Shown here piece after piece: positions 17,485 through 26,664 of a stretch of 33,290 nucleotides of DNA. Origin of the DNA: a virus; the IMG/VR virus record IMGVR_UViG_3300000279_000100; one strand, 5' to 3'. The first letter of the stretch is position 1. Every line of letters begins with the position of its first letter. The position numbers were made by a program, and so were the translations under genes. The notes beneath the pieces were generated by a model. That model was not told where the DNA came from. It did no database searches and saw only the letters and a list, made by a program, of their open reading frames with translations.

Positions 17485-19446
17485 TTACTGCCCTAATAGC
17501 TGTGGTTGTTGTATCGGAATTTGTGGCTGCACCGGCGGAGCGATTGCACGCCCTTTCAGTGCTAATCTTTCCTGCATAATCTGCTGTGGTGAAATATTCA
17601 CGCCGATAGACTGTAGCGCCGTTGATAGTGCTTCCGCCGGTAAATCTTCAATACTTGCGCTGACTTTAAGGTCCGGTATCTTCGGCTGTTCGGAAGCCTG
17701 CTGCATACGCTTCTTGACCGTTTCTTTTTCCGGGAAATCCATGAAGTCAAGAATGATATCCATCGGTATGTCAACACCCGCTTTCTTCGCCTCAAGCAGC
17801 TGATACAAATTCGCCCGCCGTGCGGTAGCGCTTGCCTGCGATGTTGTGATCACAATGTCGAAATCAAAAGCGGATAAATCATACAGTACCTTCGTGACCG
17901 GATCTCCGTTTTCATCTGTTACCGGCATACCGTTCTGATCTACCGCCTGCTGTTCTTGCATTGCTTGTCCCAGTCCTGGCTGTATCTGCACAAATTCTTT
18001 CTTGCCGTCTTCACCGAGAATCCGCATAACCTTGTTTTTGTTGTAAAACTGCGGAATCAGTCCCGGTGCATTTGTGTCCCCCCATAAGAGTTTTACAATC
18101 TGCAGTTCCGCTTCTTTTGCTTTGTCGAATATTTCCGCTGTCTGCACCGTGGTAACTGACTGACGAAGGTCAATCGCTTTGCCGCTCATTGCTCCGATAC
18201 TGCCTGACAGGCTCTCCGGAGTAATCCCGGAAATCGTGTAGAAGTCACTGCTTGAGCGGTTTTCCAGTTCTATGTTGTTGACTGACTGCGCCGACGGAAG
18301 ACCATCGGTAAATGTCACGCCCGGTTTCAAGAAAATGTTCGCGCCCGGCGTTGTAGACAAATTTCGGATTTCCCGTTTTTCTTTTTCGTTAAACTGTGGT
18401 CCAGTCCAAAAGCGAACACCGAGCGACTGTTGATTAACAATGTGCATGCGCTGACTGCGGTTTTTATTAAGTTCGCGCTGTGCGTCTTTTAGATCCCGCA
18501 CAATGCCCGCCGGTTCCAATCCGTCATCTAAGTCCTCGCCGTAACCGGATAAGTAGCAATACTGCCGCACAAGTGGGAATTGATTGTGTTTATAAGGACT
18601 TTCTCCCTCTTCGAGTAATACATCTCCGCAGAACGTTGCGTATCTGATTTTCGTAACCGGTATTTCTTCCGGTTCCGCTCCAGACATTAAAAAAGCCGAA
18701 TATAAATCCGGCTGCGATTCATCGACGATCATTCCGTCTGCAGAAAATATTTTCTTCCGTGTGTATTCTTTATACCAGTACTGCACCACACGAAGCTTTT
18801 TCAAATCCCGCGAATACCAGAGCGGCTCTGTATTAACGGTTTCCAATTCGCTGTCATCGTACTTATGCGCAAGCATAGCGATTTCATCTGCTTTGTCCGC
18901 ATATATTTGCTTCAATTTATCCGGACTTTCCCAGCTGTATCTGCCGCAGTAGAAGGCATCTGACAAATCATCTTCTTTGCATTCCGGATCCACAAACACA
19001 TCAAAAGGACTGACGTTTTTGATCTGTATCCGTCCATCCATCCGGGCGTAATCAAATTCATAACTGACCCAATAATTTCCGACGCCACAGATGACAGCGT
19101 CTTTGAATGCCTTTTTCTTAACGCTTTGATAATTCGTCTTGTCAAAAGTGTACTTTGTAATACCTTTGGCCACACGCGCTACCCGGTCATCTTCTTTTGA
19201 ACGAGGCAGAAAATCCGGCTCCGTTTCATTCTGCGCTGCATAGCCGGAAAGAAGATTGACGACTGGACGGATACGGTTAATTGTAATGACCGGACGGGAT
19301 TTCTGTTTCATTACTTTCAAATCTGCGTCTGTCCACTGTTTACCGCGCATGAAATCATAATCTTCTTTCGCGCTTTTGCGCCATTCACTGGTTAGCTGCA
19401 GTGCCTTTTTTACATTATTCCGCGCTTCGGACAAATCAAAACTCAT
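17485..19446 (-). CDS. Portal protein (large, podovirus-type).
   Basis: 653 aa. Directly downstream of terL. ATGA-type coupling to the upstream small gene. Acidic C-terminus. Confidence 0.6.
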   Translation of the reverse strand: MSFDLSEARNNVKKALQLTSEWRKSAKEDYDFMRGKQWTDADLKVMKQKSRPVITINRIRPVVNLLSGYAAQNETEPDFLPRSKEDDRVARVAKGITKYTFDKTNYQSVKKKAFKDAVICGVGNYWVSYEFDYARMDGRIQIKNVSPFDVFVDPECKEDDLSDAFYCGRYSWESPDKLKQIYADKADEIAMLAHKYDDSELETVNTEPLWYSRDLKKLRVVQYWYKEYTRKKIFSADGMIVDESQPDLYSAFLMSGAEPEEIPVTKIRYATFCGDVLLEEGESPYKHNQFPLVRQYCYLSGYGEDLDDGLEPAGIVRDLKDAQRELNKNRSQRMHIVNQQSLGVRFWTGPQFNEKEKREIRNLSTTPGANIFLKPGVTFTDGLPSAQSVNNIELENRSSSDFYTISGITPESLSGSIGAMSGKAIDLRQSVTTVQTAEIFDKAKEAELQIVKLLWGDTNAPGLIPQFYNKNKVMRILGEDGKKEFVQIQPGLGQAMQEQQAVDQNGMPVTDENGDPVTKVLYDLSAFDFDIVITTSQASATARRANLYQLLEAKKAGVDIPMDIILDFMDFPEKETVKKRMQQASEQPKIPDLKVSASIEDLPAEALSTALQSIGVNISPQQIMQERLALKGRAIAPPVQPQIPIQQPQLLGQ

Positions 19447-19634
19447 TCGACAAGTTCTCCTTTAAACATCATTCCATACATTTGTTCAAGCTGCCACTGC
19501 GGCATTTGAGACACAAACGCCGCCAGCTCTTCATCGCTTTTCTTTGCCGGAATTAAAATTCCATTCTCCATACATTCACCATACTCTGACTTAAGCACTC
19601 TGTATGCATAATCTCTTAATGCTCTGTCACTCAT
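19443..19634 (-). CDS. Small protein between terminase and portal.
   Basis: Translationally coupled at both ends. Alternative start at 19646. Confidence 0.4.
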   Translation of the reverse strand: MSDRALRDYAYRVLKSEYGECMENGILIPAKKSDEELAAFVSQMPQWQLEQMYGMMFKGELVE

Positions 19635-20995
19635 TACACTCCCCATGCCGTCGGTTCATCTCCTTCCTCATCTTCATATTTGTATCCATCATTAAATGGC
19701 TTTTCTGCTTTTACCGGCTGAATCGGACGGCTCATCAAGAAATATCTAACGCTGTCGTAACTATGGTCTTCTTGCTGTGTATCTACATCTTCAACCTTGT
19801 GTTTATCGTATATTAGCGCCGGCAGCGTCCGTATCAAGTGATAACACGTTTTGAATATCTTGAGCTTTCGTTCTTTTAGCCTTAGATGTACCTGCATTTT
19901 CCCTGCTAATCTGTCATTATCCGCCGGATACCAAGGCACGCCTTCCGCCGCGAAAACTTCTGCAATCGACGGCCCGTCATGTCCAGTTTTCTGCCAAATG
20001 GCAGGGTCCGCAATACCGAACTCGCTACCCAAATGCTTAATTTTCTGCGCGACTTCCCGCGCCGTTTCCTGCGTACCCGTGTTGACCGTTCCCGGCTTGC
20101 AGCCGTACCACTCATTAATTACATAGACAATACCGTCATAATCTACTGCATATTCGTATATTGCATACGGCTTGCTGTATCCCCAGTCCATAGACCGCCC
20201 GCGCTGCCAGCTTTTCGGGATTTCAAACGGTTCAACAACGTGTATATTCGTCCTGAACTCTTCAAAAACCTGTCCTTCGAATATATTCCAATCGCCCTCG
20301 CGGTATGCTTTCCGAAGCTTATCCGGCAGTGTGTCAAGTGCGTCACTGTATCCCGCCGGTAAGTACGGATTGTCATCTATCCGCGCTTGCACGAAAGCAA
20401 TTTTATTTGAAAAATCCCGCATTTCCGGCGGTATATTACGGTCAATGAATAAGCTTCTAACCCACATGTGTCCTTTGCCGCCAGGGTTCGTTCCGGCAAT
20501 CAGCTTAGGATCCTCAACGCCGACCCAGCGGAGACGCATGCGGAGAAAATCAAAAACAGTCTGCTCATTCAGCGTCAGCTCATCAATCGCAATCGCCGCA
20601 AACTCTGATGATAAATACTTAGACGGATTATCCAAATTCCTGAAACATATCACACCGCTGCCGAACGCCGGATTTAATGTAAATTCATGCGTCGCTTCTT
20701 TGTAGCTGCCAAGCCATTCCGGAAATTCCATTTTTATCTTTGACAGCTGCCGGTCACGCAGTGCCGGATAATCTTCACAAAACAACCCAACACGGATACC
20801 TTTTAATTTCAGATGTTTATACCATCCAATTAAGAGATAAACCAGTTCCCATCGTAAGATATACGATTTTCCGCCGCCTGCTGCACCGCCATAAAGAATG
20901 TATGTGTTATCCTTGACCGCCCGCATAAATTCACGCTGTTTCGGCGTCGGATGAATAATGTCATTGACAAGATTAATCGTCTGTGCTGATGTCAT
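19634..20995 (-). CDS. terL: Terminase large subunit.
   Basis: 453 aa. Walker A motif YILYGGAAGGGKSY. C-terminal nuclease-like half. Sits downstream of terS. Confidence 0.85.
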   Translation of the reverse strand: MTSAQTINLVNDIIHPTPKQREFMRAVKDNTYILYGGAAGGGKSYILRWELVYLLIGWYKHLKLKGIRVGLFCEDYPALRDRQLSKIKMEFPEWLGSYKEATHEFTLNPAFGSGVICFRNLDNPSKYLSSEFAAIAIDELTLNEQTVFDFLRMRLRWVGVEDPKLIAGTNPGGKGHMWVRSLFIDRNIPPEMRDFSNKIAFVQARIDDNPYLPAGYSDALDTLPDKLRKAYREGDWNIFEGQVFEEFRTNIHVVEPFEIPKSWQRGRSMDWGYSKPYAIYEYAVDYDGIVYVINEWYGCKPGTVNTGTQETAREVAQKIKHLGSEFGIADPAIWQKTGHDGPSIAEVFAAEGVPWYPADNDRLAGKMQVHLRLKERKLKIFKTCYHLIRTLPALIYDKHKVEDVDTQQEDHSYDSVRYFLMSRPIQPVKAEKPFNDGYKYEDEEGDEPTAWGV

Positions 20996-21446
20996 CGTCT
21001 ACCACCAAATTAATCCCGATGTTGCCGAAAAATTCCTTCTCCTGCTTGTCTCTCCATTCCTGTTTTCGGTTCGTCAGCCAGAATACAATAGCTTTCACAT
21101 CCGGCGGTACATGTCGCGTCACACGCTTAGTTACCTTCATCACCGCTTTATTTTTTGCGTTTTTATCCGCAATCAGCTCCGATGTCGTCTCTATATAGTC
21201 ATATCCTTTGGCTCTTTTTAATAATGCGTTCTCAACTTCAATATCGACAACTTCTTTCCCGCGCGCTAATGCCTCAGAAAAAGCAGGATATTTCTTTTTC
21301 CAGTCGTACAATGTAGTTGTAGTAATACCAATATTATGCGCTATTTGTTCATCACTTAAACCATCTCGTGCCCACGCCTGCAGGCGCAGAAGATTATCCG
21401 GAAGAAGCCACTTTGCATATTTACCCCTTGCGCCCACAGTAATCAC
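20973..21446 (-). CDS. terS: Terminase small subunit (HTH type).
   Basis: 157 aa. HTH LSDEQIAHNIGITTTTLYDWKKKYP. Overlaps the terL start. GTG start at 21446. Confidence 0.65.
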   Translation of the reverse strand: MITVGARGKYAKWLLPDNLLRLQAWARDGLSDEQIAHNIGITTTTLYDWKKKYPAFSEALARGKEVVDIEVENALLKRAKGYDYIETTSELIADKNAKNKAVMKVTKRVTRHVPPDVKAIVFWLTNRKQEWRDKQEKEFFGNIGINLVVDDDISTDD

Positions 21447-21468
21447 CGCCTTTTAGATAAACAAACGA

Positions 21469-21499
21469 AAAGCACGCACTTTGGTAGAGTACGTGCTTT
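21469..21499 (-). terminator. Hairpin with downstream T-rich tract between the late regulator gene and terS.
   Basis: aaagcacg(21469..21476) pairs with cgtgcttt(21492..21499) around a 15-nt loop. On the minus strand it is followed by TCGTTTGTTTAT. Confidence 0.35.
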
Positions 21500-21558
21500 C
21501 TTATTTCAGGGAGGAATTCCTGAACTTTTACACTATCATAATACCACTTTTGAATGTC

Positions 21559-22059
21559 TCATAATGTCTCATGTTTCATTTTTTGCGAAATTTCTTTTAT
21601 CGCTTCATCTTTCAATCGATAACAATGACTTCTCACATAATGATGTTCCAGCGCTATTTTCTCCCAGAGCTTGTTCATAAAATACCGGTCAATCATGATT
21701 GATTTCTGCTCTGGATCGGAAAGTAAAGCAAGCAATCTGAATCCTCTTGTGATCATATCACCATATCTGTTGAGCTCTTTTATCCGCAGTTCTTCTGCTT
21801 GTGCCATCTTCTGTTCAAAAGCGATGACGATATCCGATAAATCAGAAGACGTTCCGCCGTCGACAGGCTCCTTGTCGTATCGACAGCCTTTGAGTGAAAA
21901 CAGATCCATTTCATACTGCAAGCGGTACTGATTGAGCGAATCGATATGTTTTCTGCATCGTCGGATTTCTTCAAAAAACGCTTCGATATCATTCGGATCC
22001 GGGTTATGAAAAATGCCCGGTCGCATTCCGTTATTCATCATCTTCTCCTTATCATTCAC
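21559..22059 (-). CDS. Late-gene transcriptional regulator (sigma-70 region-4-like HTH; RinA/ArpU/DUF1492-like).
   Basis: 166 aa. SIMIDRYFMNKLWEKIALEHHYVRSHCYRLKDEAIKEI resembles a sigma region 4 HTH. Last gene before the packaging genes. Confidence 0.5.
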   Translation of the reverse strand: MNDKEKMMNNGMRPGIFHNPDPNDIEAFFEEIRRCRKHIDSLNQYRLQYEMDLFSLKGCRYDKEPVDGGTSSDLSDIVIAFEQKMAQAEELRIKELNRYGDMITRGFRLLALLSDPEQKSIMIDRYFMNKLWEKIALEHHYVRSHCYRLKDEAIKEISQKMKHETL

Positions 22060-22062
22060 TCT

Positions 22063-22590
22063 TTAAAACTCAATACTTCTGTTCCACCATTTATGACATC
22101 CGATTCTCATTAGCCCGATTTTTACTTCAATCGGGATTTTATCCACCTTGAAATATTTCGGCTTCTTTTCAATAGAACACACATGTTTATTGACTACAAT
22201 TATTCCTGCCTCCGGGAGTTTATCATTAAGTTTTTTGTGGATTTCATCTTTTTTGACTGCATATAGTTCTCCATCAAACGCATAATAAACGCTTCTTGTG
22301 TATTTCGTTATGTGATTTTCTTTTTTACGGAAATCTGCTAAAAAATCGCTGTAACTACATTTACATTCGATTTCATTCATATAGTCATTTTCGTTTATTG
22401 TGATTAAATCCGCTTCGTGCCTGATACCCTCAAACGGATAATCAAACCTTTCTAAATCCCCTCTCTTGTTATATTTTGGAATTTTACAGCTTGCCCATGC
22501 AAAATTAACGTTAGGTATGGTTATTTGTTTTATACCAAAGAAATTAGCAACACGGTACTGTATCTCTGCTTCCTTGTTTCCTTTTGGCAT
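22063..22590 (-). CDS. VRR-NUC / PD-(D/E)xK family nuclease with C-terminal extension.
   Basis: EAEIQYRVANFFG ... HEADLITI ... NEIECKCSYSDF fits the VRR-NUC E..D..ExK pattern. Confidence 0.5.
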   Translation of the reverse strand: MPKGNKEAEIQYRVANFFGIKQITIPNVNFAWASCKIPKYNKRGDLERFDYPFEGIRHEADLITINENDYMNEIECKCSYSDFLADFRKKENHITKYTRSVYYAFDGELYAVKKDEIHKKLNDKLPEAGIIVVNKHVCSIEKKPKYFKVDKIPIEVKIGLMRIGCHKWWNRSIEF

Positions 22591-22593
22591 AGT

Positions 22594-22953
22594 TCATCCC
22601 CCCTTAATCGTTATCTCAATCCTTGGATTTTCTCTGTCGGTAAACACCTCTTGCGTCAAATGTACATACTTCCGGCTGTCATTCAGGATAATATCCATAT
22701 CCTGCAGCGCGTCAAGTATAAACTTTGCCGCGCTCATCACATTATCTTCATCCCGGCGCATATCCTTTTCGTAATACTCAATGCGGATATTTACTTTTTC
22801 GGTAAACCTTTGTCCTTGCACTTGCGGCTGCAGAATCAGAATAATTTGTCTCTGCGTTTTCTTCTTGACGCCTGCCCCCGCGTATTTGTTCAACCGGTTA
22901 GCAGCGATCAGGTCGTTCATACATGGCAGCCGCCCGGGTATTATGAGCTTCAT
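22594..22953 (-). CDS. rusA: RusA-like Holliday junction resolvase.
   Basis: MKLIIPGRLPCMND start and C-terminal RRDEDNVMSAAKFILDALQDMDIILNDSRK (RusA D-x-DN...D...DD pattern). The ORF is open up to 23016. Confidence 0.6.
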   Translation of the reverse strand: MKLIIPGRLPCMNDLIAANRLNKYAGAGVKKKTQRQIILILQPQVQGQRFTEKVNIRIEYYEKDMRRDEDNVMSAAKFILDALQDMDIILNDSRKYVHLTQEVFTDRENPRIEITIKGG

Positions 22954-23141
22954 ATGCCACCGCCTAATCGAATCAAACCGTATGTCAGCGCCACTAATAT
23001 TCCGATAAGAACGCACTGTATAAGCATCAGATATAGTTCAAACTGTCCTAAAAGATAATATTTATCCCCTCTGTCACTGTAAAGTTTCACTTCATGCTCC
23101 TCTCTCGTCGCCAAAAGTGGCAACGATGGTGATCAAGTTGT

Positions 23142-23279
23142 TCATTTTTCGTGCCTCTCTCTGTAAATCCGCTCTTCTTCGTTGCGCAGCTTTCTTGCTG
23201 CTTCGTCAAGCTTGATAGCCGCGTACATGGTCAAGACAATAAACAATACGACACTTGCTGCATCCATTACTGTATCCAT
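23142..23279 (-). CDS. Small single-TM protein (45 aa).
   Basis: GGGGGAAGAGAA RBS before the ATG. MDTVMDAASVVLFIVLTMYAAIKL... Not in the ORF table (<60 aa). Confidence 0.3.
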   Translation of the reverse strand: MDTVMDAASVVLFIVLTMYAAIKLDEAARKLRNEEERIYRERHEK

Positions 23280-23306
23280 TTCTCTTCCCCCTTAAATTTG
23301 CTTTTC

Positions 23307-23522
23307 TTAGACATAAACGTCTATTCTCCCGAATTCATAAGCGCTCTTTATTTCAGCAAAAGCAATTCTTGCGTTTTCTTCTGTTTCGTATTCCAGCTCA
23401 AGCTGTTTGTACGTTCCGGGCATGTAGATGATAAGATTTTTCCCTTTTTGCTCAACATACGACGGATTCATTGCGATAATTCCCCTTTTTTCCGATACGA
23501 CCATAAATCGATTACTTCCCAT
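23307..23522 (-). CDS. Hypothetical early protein.
   Basis: AAGGAG RBS before the ATG at 23522. ORF extends further to 23564. Confidence 0.4.
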   Translation of the reverse strand: MGSNRFMVVSEKRGIIAMNPSYVEQKGKNLIIYMPGTYKQLELEYETEENARIAFAEIKSAYEFGRIDVYV

Positions 23523-23817
23523 CTCTGTTACTCCTTTCTTCTGCTTCATTTCTTCCGATTCCACCCCAGAACATAAGCCTTTCTATCGCCTGTTCTTTGT
23601 CTATACATTCAACTATCAGCGGGGTTCCATTTCTATTGTCTATCGCAAGATGTACAAGCCGGTTTTCATAATCGTCTTCATAAGCGCAATAGAACAGTCC
23701 CTTTTGCTTGAATTTCCCATCTTTTCCAGGAACGGAAAAATGCATGTTGAAAAATTTCGTATCTATATTTCTGTAAATTTTTTCATCCTTTGCCGCTCCA
23801 GCTATCGCCTTATCCAT
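23512..23817 (-). CDS. Hypothetical early protein.
   Basis: AAGGGGTGG RBS before the ATG at 23817. The ORF extends to 23886 and overlaps the dnaC end. Confidence 0.4.
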   Translation of the reverse strand: MDKAIAGAAKDEKIYRNIDTKFFNMHFSVPGKDGKFKQKGLFYCAYEDDYENRLVHLAIDNRNGTPLIVECIDKEQAIERLMFWGGIGRNEAEERSNRDGK

Positions 23818-23830
23818 GTTTCGCCACCCC

Positions 23831-24541
23831 TTAAACCTCATTTTTCCGCAGGCTTTCACCTGCCTCGACAAGTAATCTATTCGCATGCTTTAGCCTGTCA
23901 AAAATCCGTGCCATGTACCTCTGATTCATTTCTTCCGGCGTCTTATTTGTCGTAATAATTACCGGCAGGAGTTCGTTGTACCGTTTAGATATAATTGCAT
24001 CGACCGCGTTCAGTACCCAGTCATTTTGATACTCCGCTCCCATGTCATCAAGAATCAGTAAGTCCGTTTCTTTTGTGCGTGTTCTCACCTCTTGTGAAAG
24101 ATTGTTTTGCAGAAGGCTGTCCATCAATTCCGGCATCGTGATGAAATACGCCCGGTTATAATCTTTCATGATCTCCTGCGCAATGGCGACCGCCATCGTG
24201 GTCTTCATGCGTCCTACCGGTCCAGCGAAGATAAGCCCTTGCCCTTTTGCCTTATGTGTTTTGAAATTCTTAGCGTAATCTTTCGCAATTGCATAATGGC
24301 TTTTCAGCAGCTTAGAATCCGGTAATCCTTTTCTTTCAATGTTCTGAAACGTGCAGGCATGGTACCGCCTGCCAATCCCGGCTTTATACAGCCGATTTGT
24401 CCATTTTTTTCTTTCTTCTGCCGCCTCTTCTGCTTCTGTCTTTTCGTTTTGCTCATTTAAGCGGCCATTGTTTTTGATAAATGTCTCCATTTTTTTCCGG
24501 AGATCATCCATATCCCGTCTGATTCGTTCCATTGTCACCAC
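23831..24541 (-). CDS. DnaC/IstB-like AAA+ helicase loader.
   Basis: Walker A GPVGRMKTT and Walker B LLILDDMG. Sits downstream of the replisome organizer. Confidence 0.8.
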   Translation of the reverse strand: MVTMERIRRDMDDLRKKMETFIKNNGRLNEQNEKTEAEEAAEERKKWTNRLYKAGIGRRYHACTFQNIERKGLPDSKLLKSHYAIAKDYAKNFKTHKAKGQGLIFAGPVGRMKTTMAVAIAQEIMKDYNRAYFITMPELMDSLLQNNLSQEVRTRTKETDLLILDDMGAEYQNDWVLNAVDAIISKRYNELLPVIITTNKTPEEMNQRYMARIFDRLKHANRLLVEAGESLRKNEV

Positions 24542-25377
24542 CCATCTTTAATACCTTTCCACTCTTCCGGAGAAGCAATATGTCCGTAGCTTCCTCCCGC
24601 TTTTTTCTGCTTTGGTCTTTTGAGTGACCAGAATCCGAGCCATTGATTTTCAATTGACTGCTCTACAATGAGAATGGCGTCCTCTATATTCCCGTTTGAT
24701 AATTTTTTGAGTTGTGTCAAATTCTTTTTAAGAGCCGTCGGTGATACAGAAGCTTTCCTTTCTTCTCTCATGTCCAACCACCTTCGGAGTGATTCTTCCA
24801 ATTCAGGATTGGATGAAAAGTAAGATTGAATGATTTCATCTTGAGAAGAAAGAACGTTCTTTTCTTCTTCCTTTTCTTTACTTTCCTTTTCTTTACTTTC
24901 CTTTCCTTTTCTTTTCTTTACTTTACTTTGTTCATTACTGTATACATTAATCGAGTTATTGCATACATTAATTGAGTTATTGTCGACATTAACGGAAATG
25001 AGTGCAAAATCCCTACGGAGAAACGCTGCTTTTCTTCGAGAAGTTACCTCCAAAAATCTTTTTTGGATTCCCGCAGAAGTCAGAATTCCATGTTTTTCCT
25101 TCATGCTTGCATCAAAGAAACCGACCTGTAAGGCTCTTTTAACAACCTCTTGTACGCATCCTTCCGTGACGCCAATCTCATCCGCCACTATGAAAGGCAA
25201 ATCCTCTGTCCACCAAATGTAGTACCCCTCGTCTCGATAGCAGCTACCCAGCAGCCAGATTAGTACTGAAATTGCCGACGCACCGCATGACTTAATTATC
25301 CGGCGCACTTTCATATCCTGTAAAAAGCCGACATCCAAGGGAAAGTAATCAAGCCCTTGTTTGAGCGGCCGTGCCAT
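24535..25377 (-). CDS. Replisome organizer / replication initiator (DUF4373-type N-terminus, DnaD-like C-terminus).
   Basis: N-terminus MARPLKQGLDYFPLDV. Internal iterons and a low-complexity KEKESKEKE linker. Confidence 0.7.
   Translation of the reverse strand: MARPLKQGLDYFPLDVGFLQDMKVRRIIKSCGASAISVLIWLLGSCYRDEGYYIWWTEDLPFIVADEIGVTEGCVQEVVKRALQVGFFDASMKEKHGILTSAGIQKRFLEVTSRRKAAFLRRDFALISVNVDNNSINVCNNSINVYSNEQSKVKKRKGKESKEKESKEKEEEKNVLSSQDEIIQSYFSSNPELEESLRRWLDMREERKASVSPTALKKNLTQLKKLSNGNIEDAILIVEQSIENQWLGFWSLKRPKQKKAGGSYGHIASPEEWKGIKDGW
24945..24996. repeat. Iterons: 2.5 tandem copies of a 21-bp unit inside the initiator gene; putative origin of replication.
   Basis: acattaatcgagttattgcat / acattaattgagttattgtcg / acattaacgg. 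An AT-rich run follows at 24850..24930. Confidence 0.5.
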
Positions 25378-25404
25378 GGCATCACCCCTTTCAATTAACC
25401 AGCA

Positions 25405-25788
25405 TCATTCCAGCGGATATAGAGTTCCGTCTACATACTCATAGATCCTGATTCCTTTTGCTTTTGCATAACCGTATTCGGACATGCATCCTTTGCTCTG
25501 TCTCCAGTATCCGGACAAAATCAGAAGAGTGCAGTTGTTGAGAAGTCTAAAATCGTACCGGAGAATCTCCGTTTCTTCCATATTTTTTCCTTCCAAGAAT
25601 GAATACGCATGGAGAGGAGAAATGATCGTCAGGTTGGGGTATTTCTTCATGATTTTATACGCGATGTCTCCTGTTTCCTCTACATTAGCCTCCTTAATTT
25701 CTTCCGCAAATACTTTCGCAAATACTTTCGAGCTTTTAGCGACGGGAGCGTAGGGAGTGTGGGATGGGCCAAGTAGGCCATCCCACAC
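25405..25788 (-). CDS. DUF4406-like (nucleoside 2-deoxyribosyltransferase-like fold) protein.
   Basis: CTLLILSGYWRQSKGCMSEYGYAKAKGIRIY matches the GW..S.G...E...A..G motif. GTG start with GGAG 6 nt upstream. Start uncertain. Confidence 0.45.
   Translation of the reverse strand: MWDGLLGPSHTPYAPVAKSSKVFAKVFAEEIKEANVEETGDIAYKIMKKYPNLTIISPLHAYSFLEGKNMEETEILRYDFRLLNNCTLLILSGYWRQSKGCMSEYGYAKAKGIRIYEYVDGTLYPLE
25757..25788. repeat. Near-perfect 14-bp inverted repeat spanning the GTG start of the DUF4406 gene.
   Basis: gtgtgggatgggcc-aagta-ggccatcccacac. No U-tract on either strand. Confidence 0.6.
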
Positions 25789-25812
25789 TCCATCTCCGGA
25801 AGAGGATTTCTC

Positions 25813-26649
25813 TTAATTTCTTCCATCGCTCAGTACCTCCCCCGTTTCCTTGTCCACCGCAGGCGGTATTTCATCAAATGGGATTTCTTCGTCCTGCGGT
25901 GTTTGTGCTTCCGCATCGATGGTTACCGTTTCGTCCGGCAAGTCCGTCATGTTTTCCGAAATACTGGTTTTAATTGTTTCGTCTTCTTTGACCTGTTTTG
26001 CGAAATCAGATTTTAAAGGCGCGTATTTCAAAACTTTCTTAAGTACGGTCTTCTTTGCCATTTCGTCAAAATCCGTTTGCCATGGTCCATTTTTATATGT
26101 TTTAGACTTCGTCCGCGCAAATTGATCTACATCCTCCCGGCTCATAACTTCGAATCCTTCTCCGCCGTTTTTCAGCTTGATGACAGCGTAGTATAAGATG
26201 ACCGGGCCCCTGTCTTTCATAGCTGGTACGTGTTTCAGTTTTGGGTTCAGCCCAAGCTCGTATTCAAATGTATCGTTTTCGTGCACTTCGTGCGCCTGTA
26301 TGCTCTGTACTTCACCGCTTCTATAAGCAAGATCAATCAGTCCTTTATATCCAAGTTGAAATTGCACCTGATTGCCGTACGGAATTAAGTATGCCTGTCC
26401 GATGGGGGTATTCGGCTCTACACCCAACTGTGCAGCCTGCATCATTGCACCGAGAAAACTTTCCGGTGTGCACGCCTGCAGCTTTTGGTTGCTCGACAGC
26501 GCCGTAAATACCATCCGGGTAAATCTCTCCGGTGTAATGACCGACGGTAATGCCTTTTTAATCTCCGGCTCCATCGCCCGAATTAGCCCCTGCAGAGATG
26601 GCTTTTTGTTCTCTTGCTGTGTTTTTACGATTCCTTTTGCTGCGTTCAT
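25813..26649 (-). CDS. recT: RecT-family single-strand annealing recombinase.
   Basis: ITPERFTRMVFTALSSNQKLQACTPESFLGAMMQAAQLGVEPN is a classic RecT core. Paired with the YqaJ exonuclease. Confidence 0.85.
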   Translation of the reverse strand: MNAAKGIVKTQQENKKPSLQGLIRAMEPEIKKALPSVITPERFTRMVFTALSSNQKLQACTPESFLGAMMQAAQLGVEPNTPIGQAYLIPYGNQVQFQLGYKGLIDLAYRSGEVQSIQAHEVHENDTFEYELGLNPKLKHVPAMKDRGPVILYYAVIKLKNGGEGFEVMSREDVDQFARTKSKTYKNGPWQTDFDEMAKKTVLKKVLKYAPLKSDFAKQVKEDETIKTSISENMTDLPDETVTIDAEAQTPQDEEIPFDEIPPAVDKETGEVLSDGRN

Positions 26650-26664
26650 GTTTCATACCTCCTG

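Noticed and set aside
24840-24996. Short tandem repeats (ctttactttcctttt units and 21-bp iterons) that superficially resemble a repeat array.
   Set aside because: They lie inside a continuous ORF, where they code for KEKESKEKE low complexity. They are tandem without unique spacers and no cas genes are present. They are not CRISPR and are better explained as origin iterons.
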